This document shows, piece after piece, positions 33,991-48,499 of a stretch of DNA of 64,000 nucleotides; position 1 is the stretch's first letter; the number at the start of each line of letters is the position of its first letter. The position numbers were made by a program, and so were the translations under genes. Origin of the DNA: Octopus sinensis (Eukaryota); the NCBI RefSeq assembly GCF_006345805.1, contig NC_043009.1:61690001-61754000 (forward strand). Direction: 5' to 3'. Below the pieces are notes generated by a model. It saw only the letters and a program-made list of their open reading frames with translations, searched no databases and was not told the DNA's origin.

Positions 33991-35069
33991 GTTAAATGTA
34001 GAAAGTAAGAGAAAAGAACAAGAAAGACATAGGAAGAAGTGATGAAAGCCATTCCAAGGAGTTGTACCTTAGAAAGGAGATGACCAAAAAAAACCCCCAA
34101 AAAAACCAACCAGGGGCAAGAAGCTGTGCTGGAAAAGACTTATTCAATCATTCAAGTATGGAAAAATGATGATGCACACATGTATCATCATGTAGTACTG
34201 GGTTTGATTAATTGAGTGGCACCTGGGGCATGTGTCTTCCAGCGCTTTGTAGTCCAGTACAAAGTTCAGTCCTTGTTGCAGTTGTGGTAGCTTGTGTGCC
34301 TCAATGACCCTGAGAACTTTGCCAGAGGAGCTAAAGCTCCTTGTAAAGCTGCCCAAGCTGGATAGGTCAAAGGGAAGAAGTCTGACTAATATAGACCATC
34401 CCAGAGATAAAAAGGAGTTCGCAAAGGGTCATAACCACTACTTTTACAAAGTTTAAAAGAAAAAGTCACAGAAACATCAGTGACAAATCAAAGCCAACAA
34501 GCCCTAAGAGGGGAAGGCCTTCTCTCAAGGAAACATGATGCAGTACAGCAAAATCTGAAAGGAAGCTGCAAGGAAAAAAAAAACAAGGATCCGACTAGAG
34601 AGAAGCGGAAAAAACAGACTCAGCCAAGAACAGAGGAGAAAAGCCACTGACTCCACAGAGAGTGAAAAGCTTAAGTAACAGCTTGAAGTCTTAGGTATAA
34701 CATAGGGGAATAAAAAAAATGGAAGATTACAGCAAGAATATCTATGATTAAAGGGTAATTGTCCTTCAAATCACACCATTTAGTCTTAAAATAAAGGAAG
34801 AAATATTGTACAATGTAGTTTCTGATATACAAAAAGATGAGACAGTCATGGATGGAGAACCTTTCATCATAGGTTTTCATAACCTGGATTGACCTAGGGC
34901 TAAATAACAACAGTTGCTTGGATAGAAACAGTAAACTGTTGGAAAAAATATCCCATCCCTCTGGGGGTTCATAAAATAAATACCAGACATATATTGGTAT
35001 ATAGGTAAATCTGGTCCCACCTCCTTCCAACTCAAACTATCTACCAAATCTAAAAGTCATAACATTATC

Positions 35070-35108
<39 letters not shown>

Positions 35109-35648
35109 GAGGGAGAGAGTAGTGCATGCCATCAAAGTGACACTGGGGTACAAATATACAAAGCCCAATATACTCAAATTGACAATCCATCTGATAAGGG
35201 TACACCAGGCACATATGTTACAACCATATCTGCATGATGTGTTGATCGTATATCAAGATAAACAGTACATGACCTTGCAGGTTAGAATTTTCTTCAGGTT
35301 GAGTAGCCCATCCCACTCAAAAGAATGACAAACAAAACACCCATGTTTCTAGAGATGAATTATTTAAGCTCCAAAGAATTCCTCTCAACACATAGCTACG
35401 ATGCGCCCTTACTACTCTTGCTCATGATCAGAGATGCACATATCGTCAGCCACCAAGGGACATGCTCATCTGGTTATGGTTAAGCAACTGACAAGCAAAT
35501 CTGTGGTACTGAGCAGAATATTTGCTGTAGCCTATCTTCTACCACCAAGACAAAACATGTATATGATAACACTTCCAATCAGCTAAGATCAGAAGCCAGG
35601 ACAGCCTGGTACTGCATTAGGGTAATTATTATTATTATCATTATCATT

Positions 35649-35994
35649 ATTATCTCTGCCTTAGTGAAGGCTGAGGTATTGTTTTCAGTCATGTTTGTTC
35701 GTCTGTGGACAAGATATTTCAAGAACCACTGGATGGATTCGGATGAAACTTTCAGGAATGTTTGGCCTCGTGACTGAAATGAACTGATTAGATTTTGGGA
35801 TCAATCTGGTACCGGACAAAGGTTCTGGATCATTTTACCAGCTTTTTTACTTAATTTGAGAGTGGTCAGGTTCAATATTATTATTCTTGTTTGTGAGAGC
35901 AGTTGAGTTTGTTTCAGATATTCTCATTTTAAAAATCATCTCTGGCTAATCATTGAGAGGACATTGGTGTTGCCATGGTGGAGGTGCTCTTGTT
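35649..35994 (+). mobile_element. Helentron-associated (HINE/DINE-1-like) non-autonomous element
   Basis: 5' ttatctctgcc...ggctgaggta inverted repeat, (GTTT/GTCT)-like tract and 3' ggtggagg subterminal repeat; second copy at 57930-58286. Confidence 0.65.
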
Positions 35995-36461
35995 ATTATT
36001 ATTATTATTGTTGTTATTATTTGGCCTAATGGTTAGGGCGTCGCACTCACGATCACAAGCTCATTGTTTCAATTCCTAGACCAGGTGGTGCATTGCTCTG
36101 CAATCACTTTGACACCTGGCGTGTGGTACACCGCACACCTGTTCAAGCAAAAGCAATTTGATGTGGGGAGTGATGAGCAAACATGTGGCACAAACATTTA
36201 ATCACTATAAACAAACCATTTGTGCAGGTCATTTGGCAAGAGCTGAATACTCATACGGCGTCTTCGATGGGAGAGTCCACCATTTCTATTTTCGTTATTA
36301 TTAAGGCTGTGAGCTGGTAGAACCGTTAAGACACTGGACAAAATGCCCAGCACCATTTCTTCAGGTACTTTATATTCAGAGTGCAAATTCCACTGAGGTC
36401 AATTTTGCCTTTTGACCTTTGAGGGGTGGGGTCGAGAAAATAAGTATCAATCAGGTACCAA

Positions 36462-36816
36462 AATCAGTCTAATCAAGGAGACTCCTCCCACCAAATTTCA
36501 GGCCTTATGCCTATAGCAGGAGGCCACATCTCAATCAGTCTAATCAAGGAGACTCCTCCCACCAAATTTCAGGCCTTATGCCTATAGCAGGAGGCCACAT
36601 CTCAATCAGTCTAATCAAGAGACTCCTCCCACCAAATTTCAGGCTTATGCCTATAGCAGGAGGCCCATCTCAATCAGTCTAATCAAGGACTCCTCCCACC
36701 AAATTTCAGGCCTTATGCCTATAGCAGGAGGCCACATCTCAATCAGTCTAATCAAGGAGACTCCTCCCACCAAATTTCAGGCCTTATGCCTATAGCAGGA
36801 GGCCACATCTCAATCA
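36462..36816. repeat. 71-bp tandem repeat, five near-identical units, derived from a SINE family A tail junction
   Basis: Units start at 36462, 36533, 36604, 36672 and 36741; each contains ccaaatttcaggccttatgcctatag from the upstream plus-strand SINE (~36300-36520). Confidence 0.92.
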
Positions 36817-37014
36817 TCCTCCCCACCTCTTTTTCTTCTTTATTCTTTACCTTTGTATGCTATGCAAATGTCCCTTCTTTTCCAGTGTATTCTGTGTATA
36901 CTTAATTTTTCAATTATTTTTTAATCATTTCATCATTATAAGTAAATCCCTACTCTTTAAGTCTGTCTCTGTATTGTCCCCCTTCATACTTTGACCTTGT
37001 GGAAAATAAATTAA

Positions 37015-38470
37015 ATCATCATCATCATAGTAGTAGTAGTAGTGATGGTGGTGGTGATAGGAGTGCTAGAAGTAGTAGTAGTAGTATCAATGCTATTTTT
37101 GTAAATTGAAACTATTTTGTCTTTATTTCTGTCATCGTCATCATCATCATCATCATCAATGTCAACAACAACATGACCAGCTTATACAGTGTCAGGCTAG
37201 AGAGTTTATCAAGGAAATTCTCACATCTGTACTGCAAAAGTGTGTCAAGGTAAAGAGCTAATTTACACCACTCCTCCCACCTCTCTCTCTCTCTCTCTTT
37301 TCCATATATAAATAAATATATATATACACACATACACAAATATATACATATATTCAACATGTATACACACACATATATAAGTGGAATCAACCTCAAATAT
37401 AGCCAAATAAAGATATGTGAGTGTTTACATCTATGCATATATACATATAGATACATACATGCAAATACACACATGCACATACATACACACACACATATAT
37501 ACCAATAAATACACATGCATACTTATATAAACATATATATATATATATATACACACACATATATATATAAACATACATATACATACACACACCTATATAT
37601 AACCCTACATATGCATACACGTATATATATATATACATACATACACACACACATACATGCAATACATATACACACACATATTTACATACTCACACAGAGA
37701 TATGTGTGTGTATGTATGTATGTTTGTTTACACACACATGCATATATATATATTTTCTTTTCTACACACACACACACACACACACAATCGCTAACTCCTG
37801 TTCAACTGGTAAACGTTCAAAGTTGTATAACTTGCCCCTAAAACAACCTCAATTTACAACACCACCTCCTCACCACCACCACCTACACAAACTATTACCA
37901 TAACTACTACTACTACTGTCTTAATCACCACTACCACCACTACCATAACATCAATCACTACCACTACTTTTACCACAACTTGTACTATTTTACCATAGCT
38001 ACAGTCGCTACCACAACTTCTCTATTACTACTACTACTATTACCGTAGGCAGTCACCATCATCTTTAATACCACCACTACCATCACTGCTACTACTACTA
38101 CTACCACTACCATCACCACCATGACAACTGCAGTTACTACACTACCTGCACTGTTACCATTACGTTTGTTACCACCACCACCACCACTGCTACCACCATC
38201 ACCACCACCACCATTTCAGCTACTTTCACTATCCATACTAGTAACCATTATTAATGCCAGTTACTATCTCCACTTTTACAACTATTACTTATTTCTGACT
38301 AGGAGTACCTCCACCACCACCACCACCACCACCACCACCACCACCACCACCACCACCACCACAGCTACTACTCCAAACAACTACCCCCCCTATTATTTCA
38401 AACAATCACGATGACGACTATCACCACAACCACCACCACCACACCACCACCACCACCGACACCACAGTTT
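37015..38470. repeat. Long compound microsatellite region: (CAT)n, (TAG)n, (TA/CA)n, (ACT/ACC)n
   Basis: Direct inspection. Confidence 0.85.
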
Positions 38471-39769
38471 ATTGCACCATCCTTAATATAGCAGCCAAAT
38501 CTTCCTCAGTAAATTGGAATGTTGATGGAATAAACAAGTTTTCATTGGTTGTTGTACAGCCTCTCTCTCTCTCTTCTTATCCTTCCACCTCTGGTCAGTT
38601 ATGAAGAAGCAGGCTTACAGCGCACAGTTGTTATTATCGCTTAAATGCAGGTCAGGCCTTGGATCAAGTACTTCTGACAGCTTGGCTACAACTGTGTCAT
38701 GCTTAGGCCTACTTAAGTTAATCAGACCAATCCACCCAGCTGTTGTTACCATATGACCATGATGATGATGATGATGACTATCACAATCACAACAGCAACA
38801 CTACCTTCATTTATTGGTAATCCTCTATACAATTGTCACCAGGTTTCTTAACCATAACAAGGTGTTGATTACCAGTTTTTTTATAAAATTAGATCAAGGG
38901 TGAGGAGGAGGTGCTGTACAAACAACAATCATACCTGACAATAGAGTACACACACACCTTAGCTCTCTCTTTTTCTTTCTCTCTGCACCTCTTTTTTTAT
39001 ATATATATATATAGGAAACTACAGTCAGCTGTTAGATGACATATAATGGGTCACTCAATGCAAACCTCTCAGCTGTTACTTTCACGGTTGAAGTACTTCT
39101 ATCTCTTCTACTCTTAGCCCACCTTTCCTTACACATACAAGGAAGCTTAATGACTCGCTCAATATTGCAAGTAAATCTGTTTTGAAAACTGACTACACCG
39201 TTCTGACCCAGGACACTGAGGCACAGGTTTGGCAGTGTAGAGAAAACATTTGCTTCACAAGTACACAATTCAATTTCAGGTTCTATGCCACTGCATGTAA
39301 CCTTTGGGGAGAGTCTTCTACAGCCATGGGTTGACCAGGCTGGCTCAAGGTACTGGCAACTCAGGCAGTCACCCAGGGTACTATGTGTTAAGGGGCACCA
39401 AGGAGGGCATGACAAAGACAAGGAAATGGCCATGACCATCAGCTTGTACATGCCAAAGTTCAGCTTGCCTGGGGCCTCTGCAACCCTAGGGCTGGCCCTG
39501 TTTGTGAGTGGAATTTGGTAGATAAAAACATTATTTACTAGTTCAATATTTGTGCTTTGATGCTAGCACAAGCTGATGAAATATTTTACTGAGGCATTGT
39601 TTGGCATGCTCTTCCTGTTGCACATCCATACCTATTTTCCATGTAAGGGACACACACACACACACATTGCTTTGCAGGGATGATTGGCTTAATCTATTAA
39701 CTTGGCTCTTGGGTGGCTTTAGTAAAATCTGCTGTGTTGTAAATGTTCAAACCAGGTCTTCACTTAGAC

Positions 39770-40272
39770 CAGTGGTTCTCAACTGGGGTCCACATGGCCC
39801 TTGGGGTTCCATATAAGATTGTGAAGGCACGTGGCTTAGTGGTTAGGGTGCTGAACTCATGATCGTAAGATAGTGGTTTCGATTTCTGGACTGGGTTGTG
39901 TTCTTGAGCAAAACACTTCATTTCATGTGGCTCCAGTCCACTCAGCTGACAAAAATGAGTAATGCTGCGATGGACTGGCGTCCTGTCCAGATGGGCCATT
40001 TAAACACCATAGAAACCAGCCCTATGAGTCCATAAGACTCAAGAAGGAACTTACTTCTATATAAGATTCTGTTGTTCAAGTTTATGTGCAATAAATTAGT
40101 TAAACTTCTACAATACACAAAATAGTTTAATATTTTTTGTGTACAATTCTTCGTAATATTCAATTATAAAAATAACAATAGGAATTTTTTAAAACATTAA
40201 ATGACTATGAGGGTCCACATGAGTGAAATAGGAATCTAAGGGATCCACAGGCAAAAAATGGTCGAGAACCAC
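39770..40272. mobile_element. hAT (Charlie-like) MITE with a nested tRNA-derived SINE
   Basis: cagtggttctcaac...gtcgagaaccac termini; homologous to 852-1113 in inverted orientation; SINE at ~39825-40050. Confidence 0.7.
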
Positions 40273-43200
40273 ATAGTTAGAATATAACTTCCTCCCACCA
40301 GCCATCTTTAACCTGTAAACTGGGGACTACACATAAATCAGAAAGCAAGCAGTTATGGAGTTACATGGTTGATTTTATATGGCAATCAAATCTCCCCAAA
40401 CTCACCACTGTCCCCTGAAAGTGATGTTGTCGTGAAGCCCTAAGTTTATTTGATTCAATGAGTTCTTTTTTAAAATATTCTACATCTAATTTCCTATGCC
40501 TGCATGAATTGAATAAATCTTCTCTCCTACAATGTCTCGCCTCTTGTAATCTTGCATCATCTTCTTCATGAGGTTCAACCTTGAGATCAACTTTTACCAC
40601 ATTTTCCTTTCACTTTCTGCTCTTTTTTTTCTGTTAGTTCCTTCTATTTAAGTTGTTTGGTATTTCTTTACCCAACCCTTATCCTCCATATGCATCATGT
40701 GTCCTTAATGCCTTACACTTCTTGCTGAAAACGAAACAGGATTCCTTAAATAATCAGTTATTATCATCATTATTTTTTCCTCAGTTCCTTTATACTTGTT
40801 ATCATAAAGACTAACATTACACACCCAGTAATCACAATGGCTTGTTTCATCCTGGTAAACATAATTCCAAGAATATTGTGCACATCCTGGAGGAAATGGA
40901 AGTAAAACTGCAACAAACTCCTTTTGATGAACTGAACTCCTGATAAAAAATATCTGTATGAATCATAACCCTATTTAAGACATTTTTAAGCATTGACGTA
41001 ACTCACTTCTTTGGGTGAATATGTCAATATTTATCTTCCTATTTAGAGATGATCTCATCATTGATATTTCACAATGTCCTTTTAGATTTTATCTGTTAGC
41101 TTAAAGTGTTAACCAATTTACAGTGCAAAGCTGACAAGGTAACAGCTGTCACTATAGATCACGTCCAGTACAGGGTAATGTGAAAGGGTTAACATTACTA
41201 GCAATGGGCTTTATATATTGAGGGGTTATGTACCTCCAATCTCAAACCGTTTTATATAACAACGTATCTTATTTTGGAGTTAAACCTTTTTTTTCCATTT
41301 CATTTATTTTTTGTTCATCAATGGTAAAACCCCCTTGTTTTGGCATCCGTGTCGGTGACACGTAAAAGCACCAACCAATCGTGGCCATTTGCCAGCCTCC
41401 TCTGGCCCCTGTGCCGGTGGCACGTAAAAAGCACCCACTACACTCACAGAGTGGTTGGCATTAGGAAAGGCATCCAGCTGTAGAAACACTGCCAAATCAG
41501 ACTGGAGCCTGGTGCAGTCTCCTGGCTTCCCAGACCCCGGTCAAACTGTCCAACCTATGCTAGTATGGAAAACGGACATTAAACGATGATGATGATGATT
41601 TAGTTAACCATATCCTAGTTCATATGTATATTCAGACAGAGTCTATCTTAGACTGCATTACGTAAAGTATCCTTCTTTCTCTTTAAAGTCAGCAGACCAA
41701 GCTTCCTTATTGGATTGGAAGGAGTAGCAATTTTTCATAGAAGATATTACGTAGTGGCATCAGCTGCTATAAACTGGAAATAGCTGCTTGAAAGCATGAA
41801 TGAACAATGTGTGCTCTATCAGGAACAGATAGTATAAAGTTTTGAGGACTTGCACATCCTGTCAATAAGCATTTATTTTAGTTGAGATACAAAGACTTTT
41901 TTGTACAGTGATGAAAGTATAGTCAGTTGTGAAATAAACTAAACTATTGAGTAATTTTAGGATGAGTACCAACACCAATTAAATATCTAATTTCATTTCT
42001 TTTGACTTTTTTTTTTGATTGATAACTCTTCTCTATCCAGAACTACCAAACTTTGCCTTGTTGTAGTATCTTCAGTTTCCTCCATCTTTAGTTTCTATTC
42101 TGTTGATTGCACTAACTCAATCTAAGAGGTTGCAGTGCTAAATAATAAACCACATGGACAAGAGTTCAAACCTTACTACAGTTGCTCTCAAGTTGAGGAT
42201 GATATATTCTTCTTTGCCTCCATCTGCCTAATTGATAATAGATTCCATTCCTACTTTAAAAGCAGGACAAGAATCAAGCTGTTGCTGTTATTGTTTAGCC
42301 CCAGGACAGCTCTGATGGTCAAAGCTGTGGTCAAACTGATGGTCAAAGCTGTGCTCATCTGTGTTTTTCTTTCTTTCCTTTTTTTCTTATCTTTACATGT
42401 AGTATATCTATGACAATGTTACCTGAAGTAGCATTCCCTTTCTAAGCAGGTAGGATGTGATTTGAAGGCGATATGTCTGCTATTTCTAGCAGATCAAGCA
42501 ACTACATAGAGGCTTCTTCATTGCCTAAAGGGGCACCAAGCTGTAAAAATAGCAGCATCAACTATGTAATAAAATATCCACCACCAAATATAAAACAGTT
42601 CACAAAGTAGAATAAAAGAAAAGAAACATATTCAAGAGAATGTTCTTTTGGAAGACAAAAGGACTAAAATTCTAATGGTAGATAAAAATCACTGTTTTAA
42701 AACTACAAAACTAAAAACAGTGACTAAAAACTAAGTTGTTTTTTTTTCTTTTAAGCAACATTAAAAGGGTAAAATTTAAAAATAGAAAATACAAAAACCA
42801 AAAACCAAAAAAAGAAAAAGAAAAGCAACTATTCTTGAGTAATAATTTTGGATGTAATATTGGGTATTTTGGTCTCAGCAAAATGCCAAAATCTCCAATA
42901 TAACTCACAGCACATATTCCCTCAAGTCAAGTTTAGTTTAACATAGATTAAAGTAAGGTTAGCAGAGGCATTCACCTCATCTAAACTAACATGGCACATA
43001 AGAAATAAAATTTAATAATAATAATAAAAATGAAAATAATTAATTATTATTATAATTTTTCACAAATCTAATTTTTTTTTGTGGGAGTGGCTGCAGTGTA
43101 GTCAACTGAATTAACCGCAGTGTATAACTGGTACTTGGTAATTATGCTATGAACCCTCAAGGGTTGGAAGGTAAATAAAGTCATCCCCAATAGGATCTGA

Positions 43201-45999
43201 ACTTAAAATTGAGGGGCGGGGAACGAAAGCATTTAGTCAGGTGCTGCCCTGTTTCAGCTGACTTGCCCACTGTTAAGACAGAGTAAGTATAATGTATCTT
43301 GGCCTAGGGTTGGTTAAAAAAAGCACAAAGAATATCACAAGTCTAGACTACTGATGGGACACCAAAAAAAAAAAAAACGTAATAATGATAATAATAGTAG
43401 TAGTGGTAATAATAACGATTACAACAACAAGTCATGCAAAAAAAAAAAAAAAAAGGTAATGAAATAAAATGGTAACCTGCGAAGAGGAGTAGAATCCGAG
43501 AGGACTGCTCTGAAAAAAACATAAATTGAGAAAAAAAGGGTTTAGCTTTTAGGGGTTACAATACTTTGGTGGGCTGCTGGGAGTGAAAGGATAAAGTTCA
43601 GGTAAAGAAGTCCAACTGAAAGTGAGAAAGAAAAGGTGTAGAACTATTATATATCATGTTCATATAACATGAAAGAAGCAGAGTAAGAATAAGGATCTCT
43701 GTAATAGATGTGAACTTGTGTGTTGAAACATATTTCGTTAAACTGTGGGAGGGTCATTACACCAATAATAAATATACACACACACTGGTTATATTGCACT
43801 TCTTTATTCTAATTTGTCCATTGGTTAACCATTTAACCAATTAATAAACAAAACCAAAGAAGTAAAATAGAACTAGTGCATGTGTTTGTTATTGGCAAAA
43901 CAATGTTGAGTAATGTTACTGAAGATCCTTTGAAATAAAAATAGATAAATATAAAAACAATCTTTCTTTTACCAATAGGGATAGGCATCATTCAATATAA
44001 AAGGTCAACCAAAATTTTGGCAGAATTCAACCTCATTTTTGTGAACCACTGAAGATCTCAGCTTGCTAATTTTTAATTCCATTATCTCCATTTCCATTGT
44101 GAACTTGGTCAGACAAAACCATTTTTTTCACTTTCATCTAGTTTCAGCTCACCAGTTGTGGCCATGCTGGGGCACCGCCATTTGGTGTTGCTACATAATT
44201 TTACTTCACGAATGCTTTTCAGCTATTGACATTTGGTGCATGAGATTTTTTGATGCAGCCGCCCTCATCTGCACTTCCTGCCACGAAGTTGGTTCATCTG
44301 GGACACCTGACAGGAAGAGGTTCAGCTTTATTTTGAAGACACCTACATCCACCCCATATAAGTCTCTCAGGTCCTTTGGGAGATTATTGATGACATACTT
44401 ACCTTAAATAGACATTCAACTGAAGGTATATTATTGTATGTTTTGTTGTATGACACATATTTTCAGAATGTAGTCAGTTATAGCAACGCCAGGATTTCAC
44501 TGATACTTTGTGAAGCACCAGTGAAACAATGGACTCTAGGATGATGAGATGTAAATGTTGACTTTGATAGGATTTGAACTTGGGATGTAAAGCGACATAA
44601 CTAAATATTCTAGTGCTCTACCAATTCTGTCATCCACCACAATAATAAGAATAAACATTCTCTGTATTACCACATGCCCATATATATTTGCAATACTTAA
44701 AAAAAACAAAAAAATTACTGGGGTTAATTATGTTGATCCCAGATCAAAATAAGATTCAGCAAGATTTGCAGGGTGGGTCAGCAAAAAAGACACCCACCTC
44801 AAATAATTTCGTATTTGGAAAGTAGACAGGAATTAGTCAGAGACAATAAAAATTATGTGAGGTTCATGCTTCCCTCAGGGGGAAGTCTGGTGAATAAGTT
44901 GAGTGAGTCAGCATAAAATAGAAATCAAAACTGGTTCCATGACACTGACTTTGTAAATAGAAGATCATCATCATCATCATCATCATTGTTTAACGTCCGC
45001 TTTCCATGCTAGCGTGGGTTGGACAATTTGATTGAGGACTGGTGAACCAGATGGCTGCACCAGGCTCCAATCTTGATCTGGCAGAGTTTCTACAGCTGGA
45101 TGCCCTTCTTAATGCCAACCACTCTGAGACTGTAGTGGGTGCTTTTACGTGCCAGTTAGGCGGTACTGGCAACAGCCACAAAAAAATCGTGTTTTTTAAC
45201 ATTTTTTTTATTTAAAATATATATATATATACAATTTGGCAGTGCAAGACCAGACTGAAATATTGCTCCGAATCTTTGTTTTGATCCAGATCAGTTCTGG
45301 ATACTAATAACCAAAATTGTACCTCCTTTAAGGCATTGCATATCCAGGACAAAACTATCCGAGGTGTTTATGTTTAATCCTTTACTTGTTCCAGTCATTA
45401 GACTGTGGCCATGCTGGGGCAATGAAGAATTTTTAGCTGAATGAACTGACCCCGGTACTTATTTTTTTGTTAAGCTTTGTACTTAGTCTATCAGTGTCTT
45501 TGGCCAAACTGCTAAGTTATGGGTACATAGACAACCCAACGCTGGTTGTCAAGTGGTGGTGGGCGACAAACACAAAGACACACACACACATGAGTGGATT
45601 CTTTCAGTTTCCCTCTACTAAAATCCAGTCACAAGGCTTTAGTCAGCCTGAGGCTGTAACAGAAAACACTTGCTTAAGGTGCCACACCATGGGACTGAAC
45701 TTGGAACCATGTGGTTGGGAAGCAAACTTCTTACCCCACAGCCATGCCTAACAGATGATCAGATAACTTTGATGATCAGTGCTGTCAGTGTGTTATAGGT
45801 ATGAACTGTGTAATTAATACCTGTGTTGTAGATCACCTTGTGAAGGGGTTAGTGGAGTCACACAACAAAAGTGAGGCTAATTACAAAGTAATCAGTGAAC
45901 TTATTGGAAAATAAATGTTCCTTGATAACAAAAATCAATGTTGTGTGTGGTGGGTGTCATAATTGGATCAAGAGTTACTTCAACATCATCAGCCCTATC

Positions 46000-46385
46000 A
46001 CCAAATACATCCTTCTAATGACTGACAAATACTTCCAGCCATCCACCTTTGCTCACTATTCTTGTTAGGGTTGTGGGGTTAGAATCCTTAGGCATCTTCT
46101 CCATACGGCCCGATTGGATGCAACTGTCATTACACTTTCTGGCTCGATTCTCAAGTGTGACCAATTGAGACTATGGGTGTTGTTCTTGGTTTATCCCTAC
46201 ATTTCCTGCCATTTGGCTTGGCTTGAAGAATCTGTCTTGCAATTGTTTCCTGAGGCATTCTGATCACATGTTTGCAGTAATGAAGCTGTCCCCTCTCACT
46301 GCAGAGAAGAAGCAGCACAAACTGGAGAGGCTCCCTGATTTCTGAGCAACATACCCTTTCAAGTAATGTTTCTTGAGAAATCCTT
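46000..46385 (-). mobile_element. RTE-like LINE 3' fragment
   Basis: QLHYCKHVIRMPQETIARQILQAKPNGRKCRDKPRT resembles the RTE C-terminal WxGHVxRM...GxRxRGRP region. Confidence 0.6.
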
Positions 46386-46658
46386 TGAAATAAAAAGAAA
46401 TAGAATATAATAAAAAAAAAAAAAAACCTTTCTTTTACCAATAGGGAAACACATCATTGGACTATTTCTGAATTCCAATACAGAAGGTCAACCAAAATTT
46501 TGGCAGAATTCAACCTCATCTTTGTGAACCACTGAATACACCCCACCTTGCTAAGTTTCAATTCTCTTATCACCATTTCTATTGTGAAATTAGTCAGACA
46601 AAACCATATTTATTTACCTCAAATAGACATTATTTTACTGTAGACATGTTATTAACTG

Positions 46659-46850
46659 TTTTGTTGTATCTTGAGAGGGTCATTATGCCAATCATAAACA
46701 CATGCATTGGTTCTATTTCACTTCTTTACTTTCATTTGTTAATTAGTTAAATGGTTGACCAACTGACAAATTGAAATAAAGAAGTGAAATAGAGCCAGTG
46801 TGTGTGTGTGTTTATTATTGGCATAATGACCCTCCTAAGGTACAACAAAA
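46659..46850. repeat. ~190-bp imperfect palindrome (foldback), with an inverted related copy at ~43745-43900
   Basis: gagggtcattatgccaat...attggcataatgaccctc and ctatttcacttcttta...taaagaagtgaaatag arms. Confidence 0.8.
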
Positions 46851-48499
46851 TGTGTTTCAACGCACGAGTTCACATTAAAAATCTTGTAAACCAAATACGA
46901 AAATGAAATATTGTATATACTATTTCCTTAGAGTTAATCTTGTTGGAAAATAAGTTGAATAAGAATGGGAACCATGTCGATATTGAAACCAATAGTATTA
47001 TATATACATACATACAAATATATATAATACTGTTGGATTTTATATATATCGTTATATATTCATCCATTATATAAAAATGGCTGAGAAAGCTTGCAAAAGG
47101 ACAGTATATTCCACCTGGATTAATATTGGCTATCTTTGGCAGATATCTCTAAACATTTGATGAGAAGACAATCATGGAAGGATATTGACAATGAAAAGAA
47201 AGCCAATTACAAAAGATATTTTTGGTCAAATTACATGTATTTGTGTACATACATATACATATGTGTGTGCATATAGATATATATAGTTTTAATATAAATA
47301 TAGTCTTCAATATTATTCTGCTACAATGCATGAGCGTAATGCTTTAAACAAATGCTTTCTTAATGATGGAACAAAATTAAAGACATCTTTTATGCACACA
47401 ACATTTATATTATCCATGAGACAACTGACCGATAAAATAAGGAGCAAATTAGGAAACAACCTATTATATGCACGGCATTTATTCATAAGATGATTAATTG
47501 ATAAACTATGGAATGACAATGACCACCTGTTATTGGCATAACATTTGTAGCATATAATATACTGGGTTAAAATCCCACTGGATATGAAGAAATAAAAAAA
47601 TCCAGAGAAAAGAAAAAAGGCAGCAAGTTGCTGGCAGGATGTGAGCTACATATCTTCTGTGGGTAACAGTAGATGTGTGGTTCAATTCCCATGGACAGCT
47701 TTCCACTACTTGTCCATCTAAAGGGTTTTTAATTCACTGTACTATAAGCTATTATATAGCTGAATTTGCCTCAAGACGTATCATTAATAAAGACTTATTT
47801 ACATATTGCTTGATGCTGCTACATTTGTGTTCTAAATGTAATAAAATATTCTGAGTGGTAAAATTAAAGCATTTAATTTAATGGAAGAAAGATGGGAGGC
47901 TGTTTTAGGGTAATTGGTATCATGTCAATCCAGTCATATAGCCAGAGTAGGGCAGCTGGCACCCTTTGAGGCTTGTACAGCAGACTCAAAGGTACTGCCC
48001 CCATAAAAGAATCATCTGGGGTAGATTGCACCCTCCCCATTGCCTCCACTCCCTGGCTATGCTACTGTGTCTGTCTGTGTTACAAAAGATGTGGGGTCTG
48101 AGGCTGGCAGGCAGCTTTCTCCATATTTTCCATCCAAGGAGCTTTTAACCACATGTATTATAAGCTATTATTTATAGCTACATTTATATTAACATATATT
48201 TTTGGATATATTAATTTGAAAGATATTTTCTGTATCTAAATATGTCAATACAACAGAAACAACTGTTGGCTTTGTATGGTGAATTCAACAATTAAAGATG
48301 TGTTTATATATATATAAATTAGAAAAAAACACCTTTTATCAATTCAACAATGAAAAACTAAATTATACATTTAGAAAAATTACATATAGAAAGAATTTTT
48401 CCCTGTAAGTTTGGAATAATATTCTCTCATATTATTATTATTATAATATATATATATATATAATGAAATGTTACAGTAAAATATGTAAAAATCTGTTAA

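Noticed and set aside
36462-36816. CRISPR-like array
   Set aside because: Units are contiguous and identical with no unique spacers; eukaryotic context and SINE-derived sequence.
29775-38414. Numerous ORFs rich in H/T/Y/I/C/V or poly-amino-acid runs
   Set aside because: They are translations of (CA)n, (TA)n, (AAT)n and (ACC)n microsatellites.
40361-40600. 79-aa minus-strand ORF as a gene
   Set aside because: No recognisable domain or splice context; probably decayed transposon sequence.
44402-44426. Strong minus-strand donor AAG/gtaagt
   Set aside because: It sits at the junction of an insertion within a duplicated repeat block, with no credible coding exon upstream.
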